Positions 13,901 through 27,490 of a stretch of 64,000 nt of DNA are shown here, piece after piece. This stretch comes from Chrysomallon squamiferum (taxonomy: Eukaryota > Animalia > Mollusca). Each line of letters starts with the position of its first letter. The first letter of the stretch is position 1. The translations under genes were made by a program, and so were the position numbers. The stretch is from NCBI GenBank assembly GCA_012295275.1, contig CM022677.1, forward strand, positions 13,516,001 to 13,580,000, read 5' to 3'. Below the pieces are notes generated by a model that was given only the letters and a program-made list of their open reading frames with translations, made no database searches and was not told the DNA's origin.

Positions 13901-14399
13901 TTTCTATTTGTGGAGTTGACGGTGTATGTCATTGCACATCACAGAAAATCGTTAATAACGAAACGTCGTATCTATCTGTATAAAGAGTAATACATGTAAA
14001 TGTGTAGGTGTGTTCAAGGAATATCAATGTATATACAGTAAACAACATAACGTGTCTATTAAGATAAAATATAAACAATAAAAATAAATACAGTGGACTG
14101 TGAAAACCGGATTCATTGAGACCAGCGTGGTGTGCCGTTTTAGACAGTGCCGATTTACAAACATTAAAATAAGATAAAACTGAAATATTTGTTTTATTAT
14201 TACAAATGTTAATGGTCTATCAGTTGTCTCTGTCGACTGCGTTTTCTTCATATTCCTCTCCAAACTCCTCTGTCATGTCCTCCAAGTTTTAGCTTAATTG
14301 CAAAAGTTGCTTTCGATAACAGCAGCAAAAGATTTAATTTGTTTGCTACTTTAAGATAATCAGTGTACGAAAGTTTCTTTGTATCGTCAGTCCATTCAG

Positions 14400-14400
<1 letters not shown>

Positions 14401-14471
<71 letters not shown>

Positions 14472-14758
14472 TCATGCATTCATGACGTAACCAATACAGT
14501 TTGTATACTTACAACAAACCGGCCATCTGAAATGTTCGAGGATAATTTATGCAATGTACAGCGAGTACTGACATTTATGATAATTCTGTCAAATAAAAAT
14601 GAATTAGGAAAATACCGAATCGCATGTTACCTCATTGTGGTGAATTTTATACATTTTTTTTTTTGTTATAAATTTTAATTCAGTAAAACAAGCAATAATG
14701 TAAGACAGTCGATTTTAACTCAGTGAATTAATAAGTAATAAGCTATTTTCTGTGTGTA

Positions 14759-14842
<84 letters not shown>
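14401..14842. repeat. (TAA)n and (GT)n(GA)n microsatellites
   Basis: Pure TAA run at 14401-14469 and GA run at about 14767-14842. Similar runs occur across the window (e.g. 17821-17927, 34010-34190, 47098-47187, 53390-53464). Confidence 0.97.
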
Positions 14843-14846
<4 letters not shown>

Positions 14847-15684
14847 AAATATAAGTGTACTTCTTTGTTGACCTCATTGTTTAACGCATCATATACGTAA
14901 TGACAATTTACATCTACAATGGACAGCTAATATATATATATATATATATATGATTTAATTATTACAAGCAGTGTAACCCATTACTGACTACTGATAATAA
15001 AAAATTTGCTGTGCATATCAAAAGAGACTTGTCGACGTTTGGCTGAAATAAGTAGACACTGGTAAATTTAATACTTTAAACATACGGACCTATGAAAAAT
15101 AACAATTTAAAAAAAAAAAAAAAAAATATTATACATATTCACATACAGCATATTTGATTATTTTGTTGTTGTTATTTTATTATTATTTTTAGTAAATAAA
15201 TAAATTAATTAATTAAACAATCCTTAAAAATATATCTCCTTTTACAAGTTAAAACGATCTTTAATTTTCATCTCAAGAACAGTGTAACAGATGCTACAAT
15301 GAGGAAGCATGTTTATATAGGCTTGTCGTTGTATCTTATGTCTAAAGGCAAAGTGTAGCATTTGCAATGATTCTAAGGCCTTGAAGAAAATCGAGAGACA
15401 AGAGGACGTAATTATTATATTTTGAACGAGAGTAATCATTTACACAAACAGGCATCTTTGAAAAATACTGCGGAATTAACCAAGAAAGAAAGAATGGATG
15501 AAACAAAAATAATAAAAGAAATAAAAATAAAAGAAATCAATAAAATCCAATACTATATATTTTATTATTTATTTATTATTTTAAATAAATGCCTATGGAA
15601 AATATTTACAAACAACAAATTAATCAATAAGCAAGAAATCTCTTTCTTGGATCTGCGCACATTAAAAGTTGCATCGTGTTTCAT

Positions 15685-17159
15685 TTATTCTTCTGGATTT
15701 GTGGAACATGGTCGCTTGAATACTTGCTCTTTTTCTAGAATCCAGTAAGTTGATACCCATTTAGAGCCAATAAGAACGGAACAAGCTCCGTGAATTGTCA
15801 TTTTGTTAGGTGGACCATTCCGATATAAATTATAGCTGCACCTGCTTTAGGTTGTATTCTTACACCAAGATAAGGAAACACTGTTGCACCTCCTTCTACA
15901 TCACTCAAATAGGTTAACCACGTGGCAATTCTGTTTTCACCGGAAGAATATGCTATGTTGAAATAGTCAGTATGAGCCGTGAACTGTCCGCCTATTCCAT
16001 AGTTTGCCACCTGAAGTGGTTCTGAAGCTTTCATTGAAAGACCTGTGATTGCTTCAATTCGTTTCTGACTTCTCGCGTCTACTTCTATGAAACCTCTTCC
16101 TAGACATGTATGTTTGTTAATTCTTTTCTCAGATTTGATATTTTTTCCACAGTGATTGATTTCAGATGGTTGTAAAAGTGGCAAAGAAACTGTTTTAATG
16201 TCTTCAATTGCAGCATCACTGATAAAATCATGATAGAGAACAATTTTCGGTGAGAAATGCAGAATCTCTTCTTTAGCAGGCTTAAGAATTAGAAGCGGAT
16301 TTTTGTTGTTGTAATGGTAGCGACATTTCAGACGATGTGTCTGTCGTACTTTTATAAATTCTTTACCACGACAGAGAGCATCGAAAGTTGTTTTTTCTTT
16401 AACTATGACATTTTCTTTTCTCTTTTCTGTCCTTGAATACTTTTTCCTTCCGTTCGGAGCACGTTCTAGTTCAGGAGCTAACATTAACTGTTCATTTGTC
16501 AGATTTAAAACTTGCTCTATCTGTCCCGCTAATTCTCTACCGTGTATTTCATAGCCATGACTTTTTTCTGTTCTTACTTTCTCAAGACTTGTCTCCATCC
16601 AGATATGAACATAGTTGTATTTTTTCATTTTGTAAGCAAGGCGACCTAATTGATAACAGTCTTCTGCTGATAATCTCTGTATATATCGTTCATATATAAA
16701 ACCATCTGCTAATCTTGTCGCATTTAATTTGTACGTGTCTTGAAGTCGAAACACAGCTGCAGCGACCCCTTCTAAATCTTCATAACTTGGAAGATGTTCA
16801 CGAATTTCTTGTAGTTCGGTTAATTCTGTCTGGGACGTAATGCTTTCGTGAAGAATAGGCTGCACATCTCGTTCCTAATCCAAAGTGAAACGTTTAATAT
16901 ATAAAAATGCACCAATCGGGTTGGCTATGTAACGATTTGGGTCTTTTAGTGCGATCGAACAGTGATGTTTAATTTGATCAGAAATTGTTTTCAACTTTTC
17001 CAATTTAGTTTCTTGTTCATGAAAGTGACTGAAATTTCTTAATGCTATTGCCAAGTCTCTTCCTGCTAGTACAGAGCTGTACAGATGTGATACGGACGTA
17101 AACAGTTCTGAATTCACAGCTGACAAAAGCAAAACTAAAATAGTGTACTGCTGATACAT
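15685..17159 (-). pseudogene. P4HA: Intronless prolyl 4-hydroxylase alpha subunit (retro)pseudogene
   Basis: Signal peptide followed by ELFTS, NPIGAF..KRFTLD, RLQDTYKL, LSAEDCYQLGR, ALCRG, LKCRY, EPLQVANYGIGGQFTAHTD, NRIATWLTYLSDVEGGATVFP. An in-frame TAG at 16875-16877 joins ORFs 16875-17159 and 15798-16865. After a frameshift at about 15835 the other frame continues YNLYRNG..TIHGACSVLIGSKWVSTYWILEKEQVFKRPCSTNPEE* (TAA 15685-15687, overlapping AATAAA). Confidence 0.95.
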
Positions 17160-17861
17160 ATTTGAAAGTATCCTACTACTGATATGAATACCTAAATATC
17201 TGGTATAAAAGTAGAGTTATGATGAATATAATTCTAAATATATATCAGTTTAAAATACGCAGGTTATTAAAATGGGGGGAGGGATAAAATGACACGTTTC
17301 ATTATTTTATCTTTCATTTCTATTTCATTTTATTCGTTTATTTTATTTATGTTATTATATTTATTTTTCTTATTTGTTGTACATTTGTTTTTATCTCCGA
17401 GTTTATGTGTTTGTGTTTGTGTGTACGTGTATGTATGTGTGTGTATGTGTGTTTGTATGAAACACTTTTTTTATTTGTTTCTATTATCCTTTGATTATAT
17501 GTAACTATCTATTTTTCTATTTGTCTGTCTGTCTTTCTAGCTATATGATGGAAATTACATTAATAATTTGATTATGTCAGAATAAAGTAAGATACAGAGG
17601 AAAAAACACTCCTCAAGAAGAAATGTCAGAATATTATGAATTGCTCTGTTGTAAAGAGCTATGGTGATTTAAGTTTGTCTGTATTATTACTATTACTTTA
17701 TTTGCGATGGCCCTAATACTCAAACAAGAGAACGTAATAATTTTAGAACCAGAGTAAACTCCAACGTTTACAGAACTATCTTCTTAAAAATGAGTCAGTT
17801 CGCTCGAAAAGTATCGCGAATTCTTCTTCTTCTATTCTTCTTCTTCTTCTTCTTCTTCTTC

Positions 17862-17899
<38 letters not shown>

Positions 17900-19954
17900 T
17901 GTTGTTGTTGTTGTTGTTGTTATTGTTATATCTTTTCCTCGCTTGCATAAATAAATAAACAAAAAGAAGAAGTTATTAATAAATTACATTATTTGCTTTC
18001 TAAAATTTACTTTTATTATTATTATTTATTATTTCTTCATGATGAGTGTATGCGCTATATAGGAACGATATTTATGTTAGTATAATATGTGCATCAGATA
18101 TGTTTTAATGATGGCTGCTGCATTATGGACTAAAGACCTAATTACTGAATGTATGGTTGAGGAATGCAGGAACACTGTGTGGATGGATGGGTGTTTGTAA
18201 GCATGTGTGGAGAGACTGGTGGATGGAGGAGTAGAGAGATTTCTGATAAATTAATGCATGAAAGGATAGATTGAAACATGAAAATATCGGCTAGACAGAA
18301 ATGTGATTGATGTAGGATGAAACATATAAATATCTGGATATATATTTAACAGCAAGAGAGACAGAGAGAGACATACAGAGACAGAGCTAGAGTATGGCTG
18401 CTATAAATCTATAGAAACAAGTCAGTATTCCTGTCTCCCTCTCACTATTTTAATTTTTGCTCGTTAATAGTAATTACTCTTTAAAACAAAATAACAAATA
18501 TTTACCTTTTGTAAGGTGTAAATAGTCAACAGAAAATATTTACAAAAAAAAATAGAAAAAAAAGAAAGAAAAGGAAAGTAATAACAACGTAAAAATTAAC
18601 ACATTTGAATTTAGGTATGATTAAAGTGTTTTACAATAGTTTCATTTTGCTTTTATTCAGCATGAATATATGTATGATAATTTTTGTTTCATTATCGCAA
18701 CATTAAATCAATTTTAAAACATCTGGCTGATACTTTGATGCAGCAGCATATGATTTCCTTGCCATACCGGTTTCTATAAATTTCCATATCTATTTTTTCT
18801 GTTTTTCTGTCTTTCAATCTCTGTATTCATCCAGCACTCTAATTGTTTTTCTGACTGTCTGTCTGCCTGTTCGTCTATTCATCTATTCTTCTCTTTCTGT
18901 AAATATGTAAATTTGTCAACACAGCGGGTCTGTTCATCAGTCTCTCCGTTAAACTTACAGATATTAAAACCTTCTGTCTGTTTGTCCAGATATCTGTCCA
19001 TATATAATCAATCTAGCTATCTATGTGTTTCTTTCTGTCTATCTCTCTTTCTCCCTCTGAAACTCTCTTTAAACTGTTCAGTATTTGAACATATTTCTCA
19101 CTCTAATCTGTGTCTCTAACTGTCCGAATTTGTTATTCTGTCCATTAATCTTTCTCTCGCTATCTGCGTGTTTGTCTGCCTGTTCACTCTGTCTTTCTGT
19201 ATGTTAGTCTAACCAGTCAGCCTTATTTTAACCATGTACAATCTACATGTAACCATGTTTTTCACTATCTATCTGTCCACCAATCTGTCTATCTATCAAC
19301 CTGTCTCTTTATCATTCATCATCAATTCATCTGTATAGTCAGTATCTCTCTATCACTTGTTTCTCTCTCTGCCTTTATCACTTCTCTATCTCTCTACTGA
19401 TAAATGTATCATTTGTCTGTCTCTCTACACATACCTATATCCCAAATCACTCTCTGCCTAAATGTCAATTACCTGTCTGTTTCTCTCCACCTATCTCCGT
19501 CACTTTCCCCTTTCGCTATATCTCTATCACTTGTCTATACCACTCTCTACATATCTTCACTTTTTTCTGTCTCTCCACCTATATCTCTGCCACTTGTCTA
19601 CATCACTCTCTACACCTATATCTCTATCCCATGACTTTCTCTATCTATCTCTTTAGTTATATCTTGATTATGTGTTTCTGTCTCTCTATGTCTGTCCCAT
19701 GACTCAGCCTTCCTACCTATTATCTTCTCTATCATTTGGCTCTACCTCTCTCTACTACCTAGATCACATCTGTCCCTCTACCTTTCTATCTGTCTCTCTT
19801 CCTGTATCTCTTATAGTGTCTCTTGTCTAACTACATCTGTCTATCCCATGTATCAGCCTTTCTATATTTGTCTGTCTCTACTTATTTCTCGATAACTTGT
19901 CTCTACTAAATTTAAGATATTTTTCAATACCAAAACTATTGATTTCACCACCAA

Positions 19955-20200
19955 ATATGGGGGCCAAATTTACCCCATCCATAGGGGCCAGTATTGCCCC
20001 AAGTGGTGGAGTAAAATAAAACGCATATTTCTTGCCTAATTATCACATATTAATCAAGTTTCTTCTGCTGAACTTAATAACTGATTATCTGTTTACCTGT
20101 TATAACTTATCACTAACCTTATGTTTTGAAATCTCATAATGGAGTATAGCGGCTGCAAGTCATAATATACCTCGGGGGCCAGAATCACCCCAACTTATTC
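19955..20200. mobile_element. Probable DNA-transposon end remnant with repeated short palindromes
   Basis: Three related motifs, ggggccaaatttacccc, ggggccagtattgcccc and gggggccagaatcacccc, in an otherwise AT-rich context. These resemble subterminal repeats of non-autonomous TIR elements; no TIR pair was defined. Confidence 0.4.
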
Positions 20201-23200
20201 TACTAGTTTTTAATAAAATAATTTTAGTGAGTTTAGTAAATTCAGTAAATGATTTATATTCAGGCGACTTGAATTCTCTTTTTCTTTTTTAATTTTTTTA
20301 AATTTTACTCAACACTCAGTCTTTTTTGTATTTGTACCAACGTGCGTGTTAAATAGAGTTGTTTCTCTTAGACCACGAACTTATGAAATAGATTACTCCT
20401 CGCATATACGCGGTGACGGTAAATTAGATTTGTTGCTTTTAGATGAAAATAACCAATTCTGTATAGTGTTTTGTAGCAGACAGAACCAGCTTCGTAACAT
20501 TCCCTGCATTTTCTTTGTCTTTTAACAAACTAGTTTCCTGTATTTTTTGTTTATTTAACATGATATTATTTTTTTAATGAATTATTGTAAAATTGCTATT
20601 TCATTTATTGTTTTTCATTTAATTTTATTTATTTATTTTATTTATTTATTTCATTTATTTTAATTGAAAAAGTAGTTAGGAAAGGCGCCGGTTTATTCTT
20701 TATCTGTGTAAATCATAAAAAGTTCAGAAAGTAGACGTAAAATAATTGAATTTTGAAGTTTAAAAACTTCCGAGAACTCACGGAAACTTCCGATCAAAAT
20801 CCAATATGGCTGTATCGGACGCCGATCAGTGTTTACAAACTTTTAAAGCTGTTGTCCTTTATAATGCAATAATTCTACATGAATCATTAAAAGTAATTTG
20901 GAGAAGTATGTCATATAACCAATGCCTCTTATACATAGATGGCTAATACTGTAGAGTAATTGCTGAAAAGGTGCTAACATTTCTTTAATTATTCTTTTGT
21001 TCTCTTTTTTTTTTTTTTTTTTGTAACGTTGACGTAATATACCATCTCGTAGCAATTTCGTACTTTTTTTTTTTCACATATTATTACGACATCGCCAGCC
21101 AAAAAAAAAAAAAATAATAATAAAAAAATTTAAACAAAAAAGTAAATTAAAGAAAATAAATTAAATAATTGAAATAAAATAAAATAAAATGACGCTGGTT
21201 GGAGAGATGGATTTATCTATATAGATATACACACATACATACATACATATATATATATACACACACCTGTATAGGAATAATAATGTATTTTTATGTTTAG
21301 AAGATGATTAGTATGTATATGTATATAAAAGGATAAGTAACTGTGTGTTTGTTTGTGTGTATGTGTGTGTAAAAAAGGTGGATAGATGGTAGATGATAAC
21401 AGACAGGTAAAGTGATAGACAGAAGAAAGGTAGACAGATTATAGAAAGATAGATAGATGTAAGGAGCCATGAGTTTATACTGCACAACTGTAAGAACGAC
21501 TGACTCTGTTGCTTATGTATATGGCATAAATAGATAGATAAATAAATATATTTATAGATAGATAAATAGATAGCAAAAATGTATTTAAATATTTAAAAAG
21601 GATGTAAATAGAGAGAGTGTATATGTACGTGTGTGTGTGTGTGTTTGTTCAATATATACTTGTGCTATGTATAACTGAGAAGGTGAGATAGACTGATACA
21701 GGGATAGTCAGACATCGTTTCAGAGATAGATTGACATGTTAGGTAGACAATAATTATATATATATATATATATATATATACAGCTAACAGATAAATTGAT
21801 GTGTATGTGTGTGTATAAATATAAATGTGTTAGTGAGAATGGGTATATAAATGCGTGTCAAAGATAGTGTGCTTTTTTGTGGATTTTTGACAGAGTCAGA
21901 TGATCGATAGAGAGATAATAGATTAAATACATGAGTGGGTAGATTTATGTGTATATATATATATGTGTGTTAGAGAGGGTAGATATACATGGATGGGTGG
22001 ACACACACACAAACACATACCCAGTATAAACTATATATATATATATAAACATCATAAATAGATACACAGATACATAGGTTCATAATCATGAGTATGTGTA
22101 TTTATGTTAGAGGATTGGTATATAACTCAGTGTGTGAATAACTTTATGTTTATGTGTGTATTGGATTATGAATAGATAGTGAGATATGTAGGTGTTATTT
22201 CATGTGTTTCTGTGTTACAGAGAGAACAGGTTTTGACCTGTGTATGAAACAGAGAAGTATGCCATGCGTGTATGATTTTTCAGAGAATGAGACATAATTA
22301 TATAAATCATTTGATTTCTTCATTAAAGTCTGTTTCTAATAACTATGTTAGAAATAGTCAGAGAAATTGATGATGAAATAAAACAAAATATATTCATAGG
22401 GAGATAGATAGATAGAAACATGGAATAAAGTAAGGATGGATGATGTATTAGATGGACGGATGGATGCAAAGAAGAATTGGGAAAGTAATAAATGGAAAAT
22501 AGGAGGGAGTTATGGACATAAAGGTTTTCAATTATTTAAGCAATTACTTTTCAGACATTGTCACATTCTTAACCAATACGGTCCTCATTGTAGGTCCATG
22601 GATTGAGTGATATATCGATCGAAGTTGGCTTAATCTATAAACTGTATGATGACAAATATATGGAGTTAGGAGGGAGGCATGACTGGAGGTACCAATAAAT
22701 CGTTAATGAGAGACTAGTGATTTCTGGTATTGTTTTTGAAGAGAACATTAATCTGAAAATCTAGTCTCTGTCTGTCTACACAGAAAGCATAGTCGTCATC
22801 TGTTGATACGAAGTAAATATGATAAGATACAAAGATGTCTGTAACAGTTTGTGTTAATCACAGAACCTGTAATACTTAATTATCAATTAATATCTGGTAA
22901 AATGAAATAATCCATCTAATTAGAGTAATCTGGGGAGTGACAGAGAGAGTAAGAAAGCCAGAGGGAAATATTTATATGTCATAACTTATTCTTAAGTACA
23001 TACACTTCTGTCTATACTCTGTTGGCCTGTCTGTCTATCTGTATATAGAAAGGGCTTTCAAAGCAATAGCACTGTATTCAAAATTAGAAAAAGTAGCAAT
23101 ACCCTATGTAGGTAAATCTATTTATTATAATCTAACAATCTGTCTATCTCTGTAACCAATTAAATGTTATTATATTAATGTACTAATTAGCCATTCCCTT

Positions 23201-23254
23201 TGGAAATGTTGCCACCCCTACACCACGGTGAGGTTCAGTACACGTAGGGGATGT

Positions 23255-24050
23255 TAGTAATGGTTAGTACTTGTTAAATTTAGTATTTGGTTAATGGTTA
23301 GTATTTTGTTAATAGTTACTATTTGTTAAATGTTAATATTTGCTTAATGGTTAGTATTTGTTAAAAATTAGTATTTGGTTAATGGTTAGTATTTTGTTAA
23401 TAGTTAGTATTTGTTAAATATTAGTATTTGGTTAATGGTTAGTATTTGGTTAATGGTTAGTATTTTGATAATGGTTAGTATTTGTTAAATGTTAGTATTT
23501 GGTTAATTGTTAATATGTTCTTAATGGTTAGTATTGTTAAACATTAGTATTTGGTTAATGGTTAGTATTTTGTTAATAGTTACTATTTGTTAAATGTTAG
23601 TATTTGCTTAATGGTTAGTATTTGTTAAACATTAGTATTTGGTTAATGGTTACTATTTTGTTAATGGTTAGTATTTGTTAAATTTTAGTATTTGGTTAAT
23701 GGTTAGAATTTGTTTTAATTGTAAAATAATATGTGCGTATGTGAATGTGTGTGTGCGTGTTGATGTGTGTGTGTGTTTGTGTTTATACACGTATTCAGAT
23801 AAGTATGTGGTAATTATTAGTAATTGTAACTAATTGGTTAAGGTTAGTATTTGTTACATGTTAATATGTTTCTGTGTGTGAGTGTATATGTGTTTGTATA
23901 TATGTTAGTGTAGTTCTGTGTGTGTTCTGTCTGTATGGATATTCGTATGTGTCTGTATGGATGTATGTGTGTGTCTCTATATAACGTTTACTACCTGGTT
24001 AATGGTTAGTATTCATGTTAATTGTTAGTATTTTGGTCGCATGTTAGTAC
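23255..24050 (+). repeat. About 17-18 bp minisatellite (gttaatggttagtattt)n
   Basis: Dense tandem copies at 23255-23710, with scattered copies up to 24050. Confidence 0.93.
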
Positions 24051-24351
24051 TTATTAATTAAAAAACAATACAAACCTGAGCCCACCTGTCAAGGGTTGTG
24101 GAGCTGCAAGGAGCATAACCAGCTTCACGTCAACATCATCAACACAATCTCCTATAGCACTGATATGCTGGGGCAAAAGGGACAGAAAGTTATTATCACT
24201 GCAGATATTACCAACTTCAAATAAATATTTTACAAATAAATGTCTGTATCTATTACTGTTACTATCATCATCATAAAATAAAAAAATGACAGAAGGATGC
24301 CAGCTGAAGTTAAAGCAATACACGTAGAGTAACGTTGTAAGGTTTCTAATA

Positions 24352-25260
24352 TTACGCATATCCTAGTAAACGACCTATCAGAAGACAAAATTCAATTAGA
24401 ACAAATAAGATTTTCCACAACAGAGAACTAAATGTACGACTAAAATACGTAAATATACGACCGATATACGCAAATATACGTCTGATGAATCCAGCTGCAG
24501 AATGTCGTCTGACTCTTCTGACTCTTTTGACTCTGAGAGGTGGCAATGTGTACATCTCGCAGTTTCCATCTCTTAAGTTGTACACGATGGCGGTGAATCT
24601 TGCAGAGCAAACTGGACAATTTCTTCTGCTTCTAGACCACCTCTCCAAACAGCTGAAACAAAATTCATGTAAACACGAGTCTGCATGACACTTATCTAAA
24701 AACAATTCTGAACACAAAGAACAAGTAGGTGACTTATCTGATTCAGGCTGTTGGGTTGATTCAGCAGTGCTGGGTGATGGTGATGTTGACATCCCTGGTC
24801 TTTCTCCACATGCTGCTTTTACAGGGTCACGTTCGGAAATCTTTCGCCCTTTTGGAGGCTTCTCCGGGCGCCCATCATCCTGTGCTTTCCGTTTCCGTGA
24901 TGTTGATGTCCCTGGTCCTCTACGTGATGTTTCTCCAGGGTCACGTTCGGAAATCTTTCGCACTTTCGGAGGCTTCTTCGTGCACCCGTCATCATGTGCT
25001 TTCCGTTTCCTAGATGTTGATGTCCCTGGTCCTCTACGTGATGTTTCTCCAGGGTTACGTTCGGAAATCTTTCGCCCATTTTGAGGCTTCTTCGGGCACC
25101 CATCATCCTGTGCTTTCCGTTTTCTAGATGTTGATGTCCCTGGTCCTCTACGTGATGTTTCTCCAGGGTCACGTTCGGAAATCTTTCGCCCTTTTGGAGG
25201 CTTTTCAGGGCACTCATCATCCTGTGTTTTCCGTTTCTCGGACGCTCTTACTTTTCCCAT
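24352..25260 (-). CDS. RING-HC (C3HC4) protein, TOPORS/ICP0-like putative E3 ubiquitin ligase, with about 4 basic 38-aa N-terminal repeats and a hydrophobic C-terminus (302 aa)
   Basis: Intact ATG-to-stop ORF. CSLC-x12-CLHEFCFSC-x10-CPVC with the TOPORS-like context D.C.H.FCF.C..W....CP.C...F..I. A 114-bp repeat recurs at about 24826, 24940, 25054 and 25168. A pyrimidine tract plus AG acceptor lies about 13 nt upstream of the ATG. Confidence 0.85.
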   Translation of the reverse strand: MGKVRASEKRKTQDDECPEKPPKGRKISERDPGETSRRGPGTSTSRKRKAQDDGCPKKPQNGRKISERNPGETSRRGPGTSTSRKRKAHDDGCTKKPPKVRKISERDPGETSRRGPGTSTSRKRKAQDDGRPEKPPKGRKISERDPVKAACGERPGMSTSPSPSTAESTQQPESDKSPTCSLCSELFLDKCHADSCLHEFCFSCLERWSRSRRNCPVCSARFTAIVYNLRDGNCEMYTLPPLRVKRVRRVRRHSAAGFIRRIFAYIGRIFTYFSRTFSSLLWKILFVLIEFCLLIGRLLGYA

Positions 25261-27101
25261 TTCGTATTGATAACTGCAATAACATTGTAGGAGAAAACAA
25301 AATTATATATAATCCAAAAGTATCTATTAATTTTATTTCTGTTGTTAGAACTATTTCTATTTTTATTTTATTTTTTTATGGCAGTACATTTTTCTTTACT
25401 TATAGGTTTTATCTGTTTGTTTTACTAATGTTAATCTTTGCACAAGGATTTTACAACCAGGGCTAATGTTCACATAATGAACATATAGCTTGGAACTTTG
25501 CATGAATTTATTACATAATGTCAGTTTCACATCTAAAATGATAGGTGTACAGGGTTTAAATTGTTTGTGGATGTGATTTTAAAAATGCATTCAAAATAAA
25601 TTAAAATCTATTATCAAACACACACACACACACATATTTAAGGTTTTTATGTGATGTGATTTCATATCATGAAATTTATTATTTTATTTATATATTTTTA
25701 AGTTTTTGCGGTTTTATTGTGTCATAGCTTTTAAAACTTATATTTTTATTTCAGTTATTGTTATTATCAGTCTTACTTTTTCTTTATCTATATTATTGCT
25801 CTTGTTGCTTTTTGTTGTTGGATGAGTTGTTAGGTACTGAAAGGTGATTTTCAGTTTAGGAAATACAAGGTTGAGTAACTTTTTATCCTGATTTCAGAAA
25901 CAAAATATTTAAAATTGTTAGTCAAATTGTTCCAAAGTTTTTGTTTTTTTAATATTGCCATTTTGAAGAAATCTTTTTATAGGCTTGTTTCATAATATGT
26001 CATACTGTGTGTTCCAAACTCTGCTAAGAATATTTACATATAAAGTTGGCAAAATCATTCATTTGATATTAATATATATATATATATCTTTCAAAATTCA
26101 TAATTTCATAAATATAATTATGTTTTTTTTTTTTGTTGTTGTTTTTTTTTTTTTTTTTTTTTTAATTAATAACCGGTTCACACTTGCAGATACATAATCA
26201 AAGATACTTCTGATATTGTGATTATTTTTGTAACATTCGTGAAATAAACATAACGATAAAGATACAAGCATCAGTAGAAATAAGTTGAAACAGGTGGTCA
26301 GACCAAAAAATAGAGCGCTTTGGAATACCTACAGACAGACAGACTGACAGGGACAGATAATTTAGATCGATATATAGACAGATTTGCAATTGATAACCCT
26401 GTGTTTGTTTGTAAGGGAATATTGGTACGTTGGTATTTAGAGTGGATAGGGAGATAAATATATAATAAAAATAATAAGACAGGTAGGAAGGCAGATGTGA
26501 CTGATCAGACAAATCTGATAAGCAGTGGTTATAGTCATGTTGAGAGCACGCGCGCTCACACACACACAAATACACACACAACACACACACACACACACAC
26601 AGATTAGATTAAGAGGTCATACAATCAGATACATAGAGAAATGCAAAAATCTATTTTAATAATCAGCTTATTTTGTAATTTGTCTTTTTTCCTCTCTTTC
26701 CTTACTTTATTTTATTGTGTTTGTTTGTCAGTTTATTTTGTTTCATTTAAACACATATTTATTTTTTAAATAATATTATTATTATAGTTTTTCATTTTTT
26801 TTTTTTTATGTCATGATGGAATTTCCTAACTGCGGTTTAAAATAATGTCTTCAGAATTATTTGATTTCTTCTTCATCAGTAAAGAAAATCTTTACTAAAA
26901 TGGTCTCGCCCAGTAAATATGTTTGTATTGTCCGGCAGTACTCGGCAAATTTCGCGAGTCTCCGTTATTTAGCGTACTTTTCAGTTAGTTTGTATATAAA
27001 CTTCTGGAAATAAACTCACCACAGCTATTGACATATAACAGATGCTCAGATTAAAATAATGCTAACACTACTGCTGCTGCTACTACTACTACTACTACTA
27101 C

Positions 27102-27134
<33 letters not shown>

Positions 27135-27399
27135 GAATAAATGAATAAATAATAAATATAAAATTAAAATAATAAGAAAGTTTTATACGATTTTATTCGA
27201 ATTCAGTTCGGAATTGCTCTTCTTTTAGCACAATAATTATTTATAACGATAATATTTTATTAATACTAATTAAATATACAGTTAACTACTATTATTGATT
27301 ATAAACAATTATAAAAATTAAATTGCTAACAATAAATTTATTTAAAAAAATAAATAAAAAAAAAAAAAAGTGACCTACTGATATTGGCATTCAAATGTC

Positions 27400-27490
27400 A
27401 ACTGACGTAAAACCGTTAAATGTTTTTATTTATACCCGAAATTAAATCCGCTGACGTAGATCTAAATAGACTGCGCATGTGCATGGGAGA
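27400..27490. promoter_or_regulatory. Candidate promoter: two CRE-like TGACGTA motifs and an NRF1/EWG-like TGCGCATGTGCA
   Basis: TGACGTA at about 27403 and 27452, and TGCGCATGTGCA at 27472-27483. A minus-strand GTGAG donor at about 27018 and a CpG-rich patch at 26900-26980 lie upstream of the RING gene. Confidence 0.35.

Noticed and set aside
15798-16865. Functional 355-aa P4HA as listed in the ORF track
   Set aside because: It starts at an internal GTG after the nonsense codon, lacks the signal peptide, and is frameshifted before the distal His and Lys.
24485-25466. Overlapping ORFs in other frames and on the opposite strand of the RING gene
   Set aside because: By-products of the stop-poor 114-bp repeat; only the 302-aa frame carries a recognisable domain.
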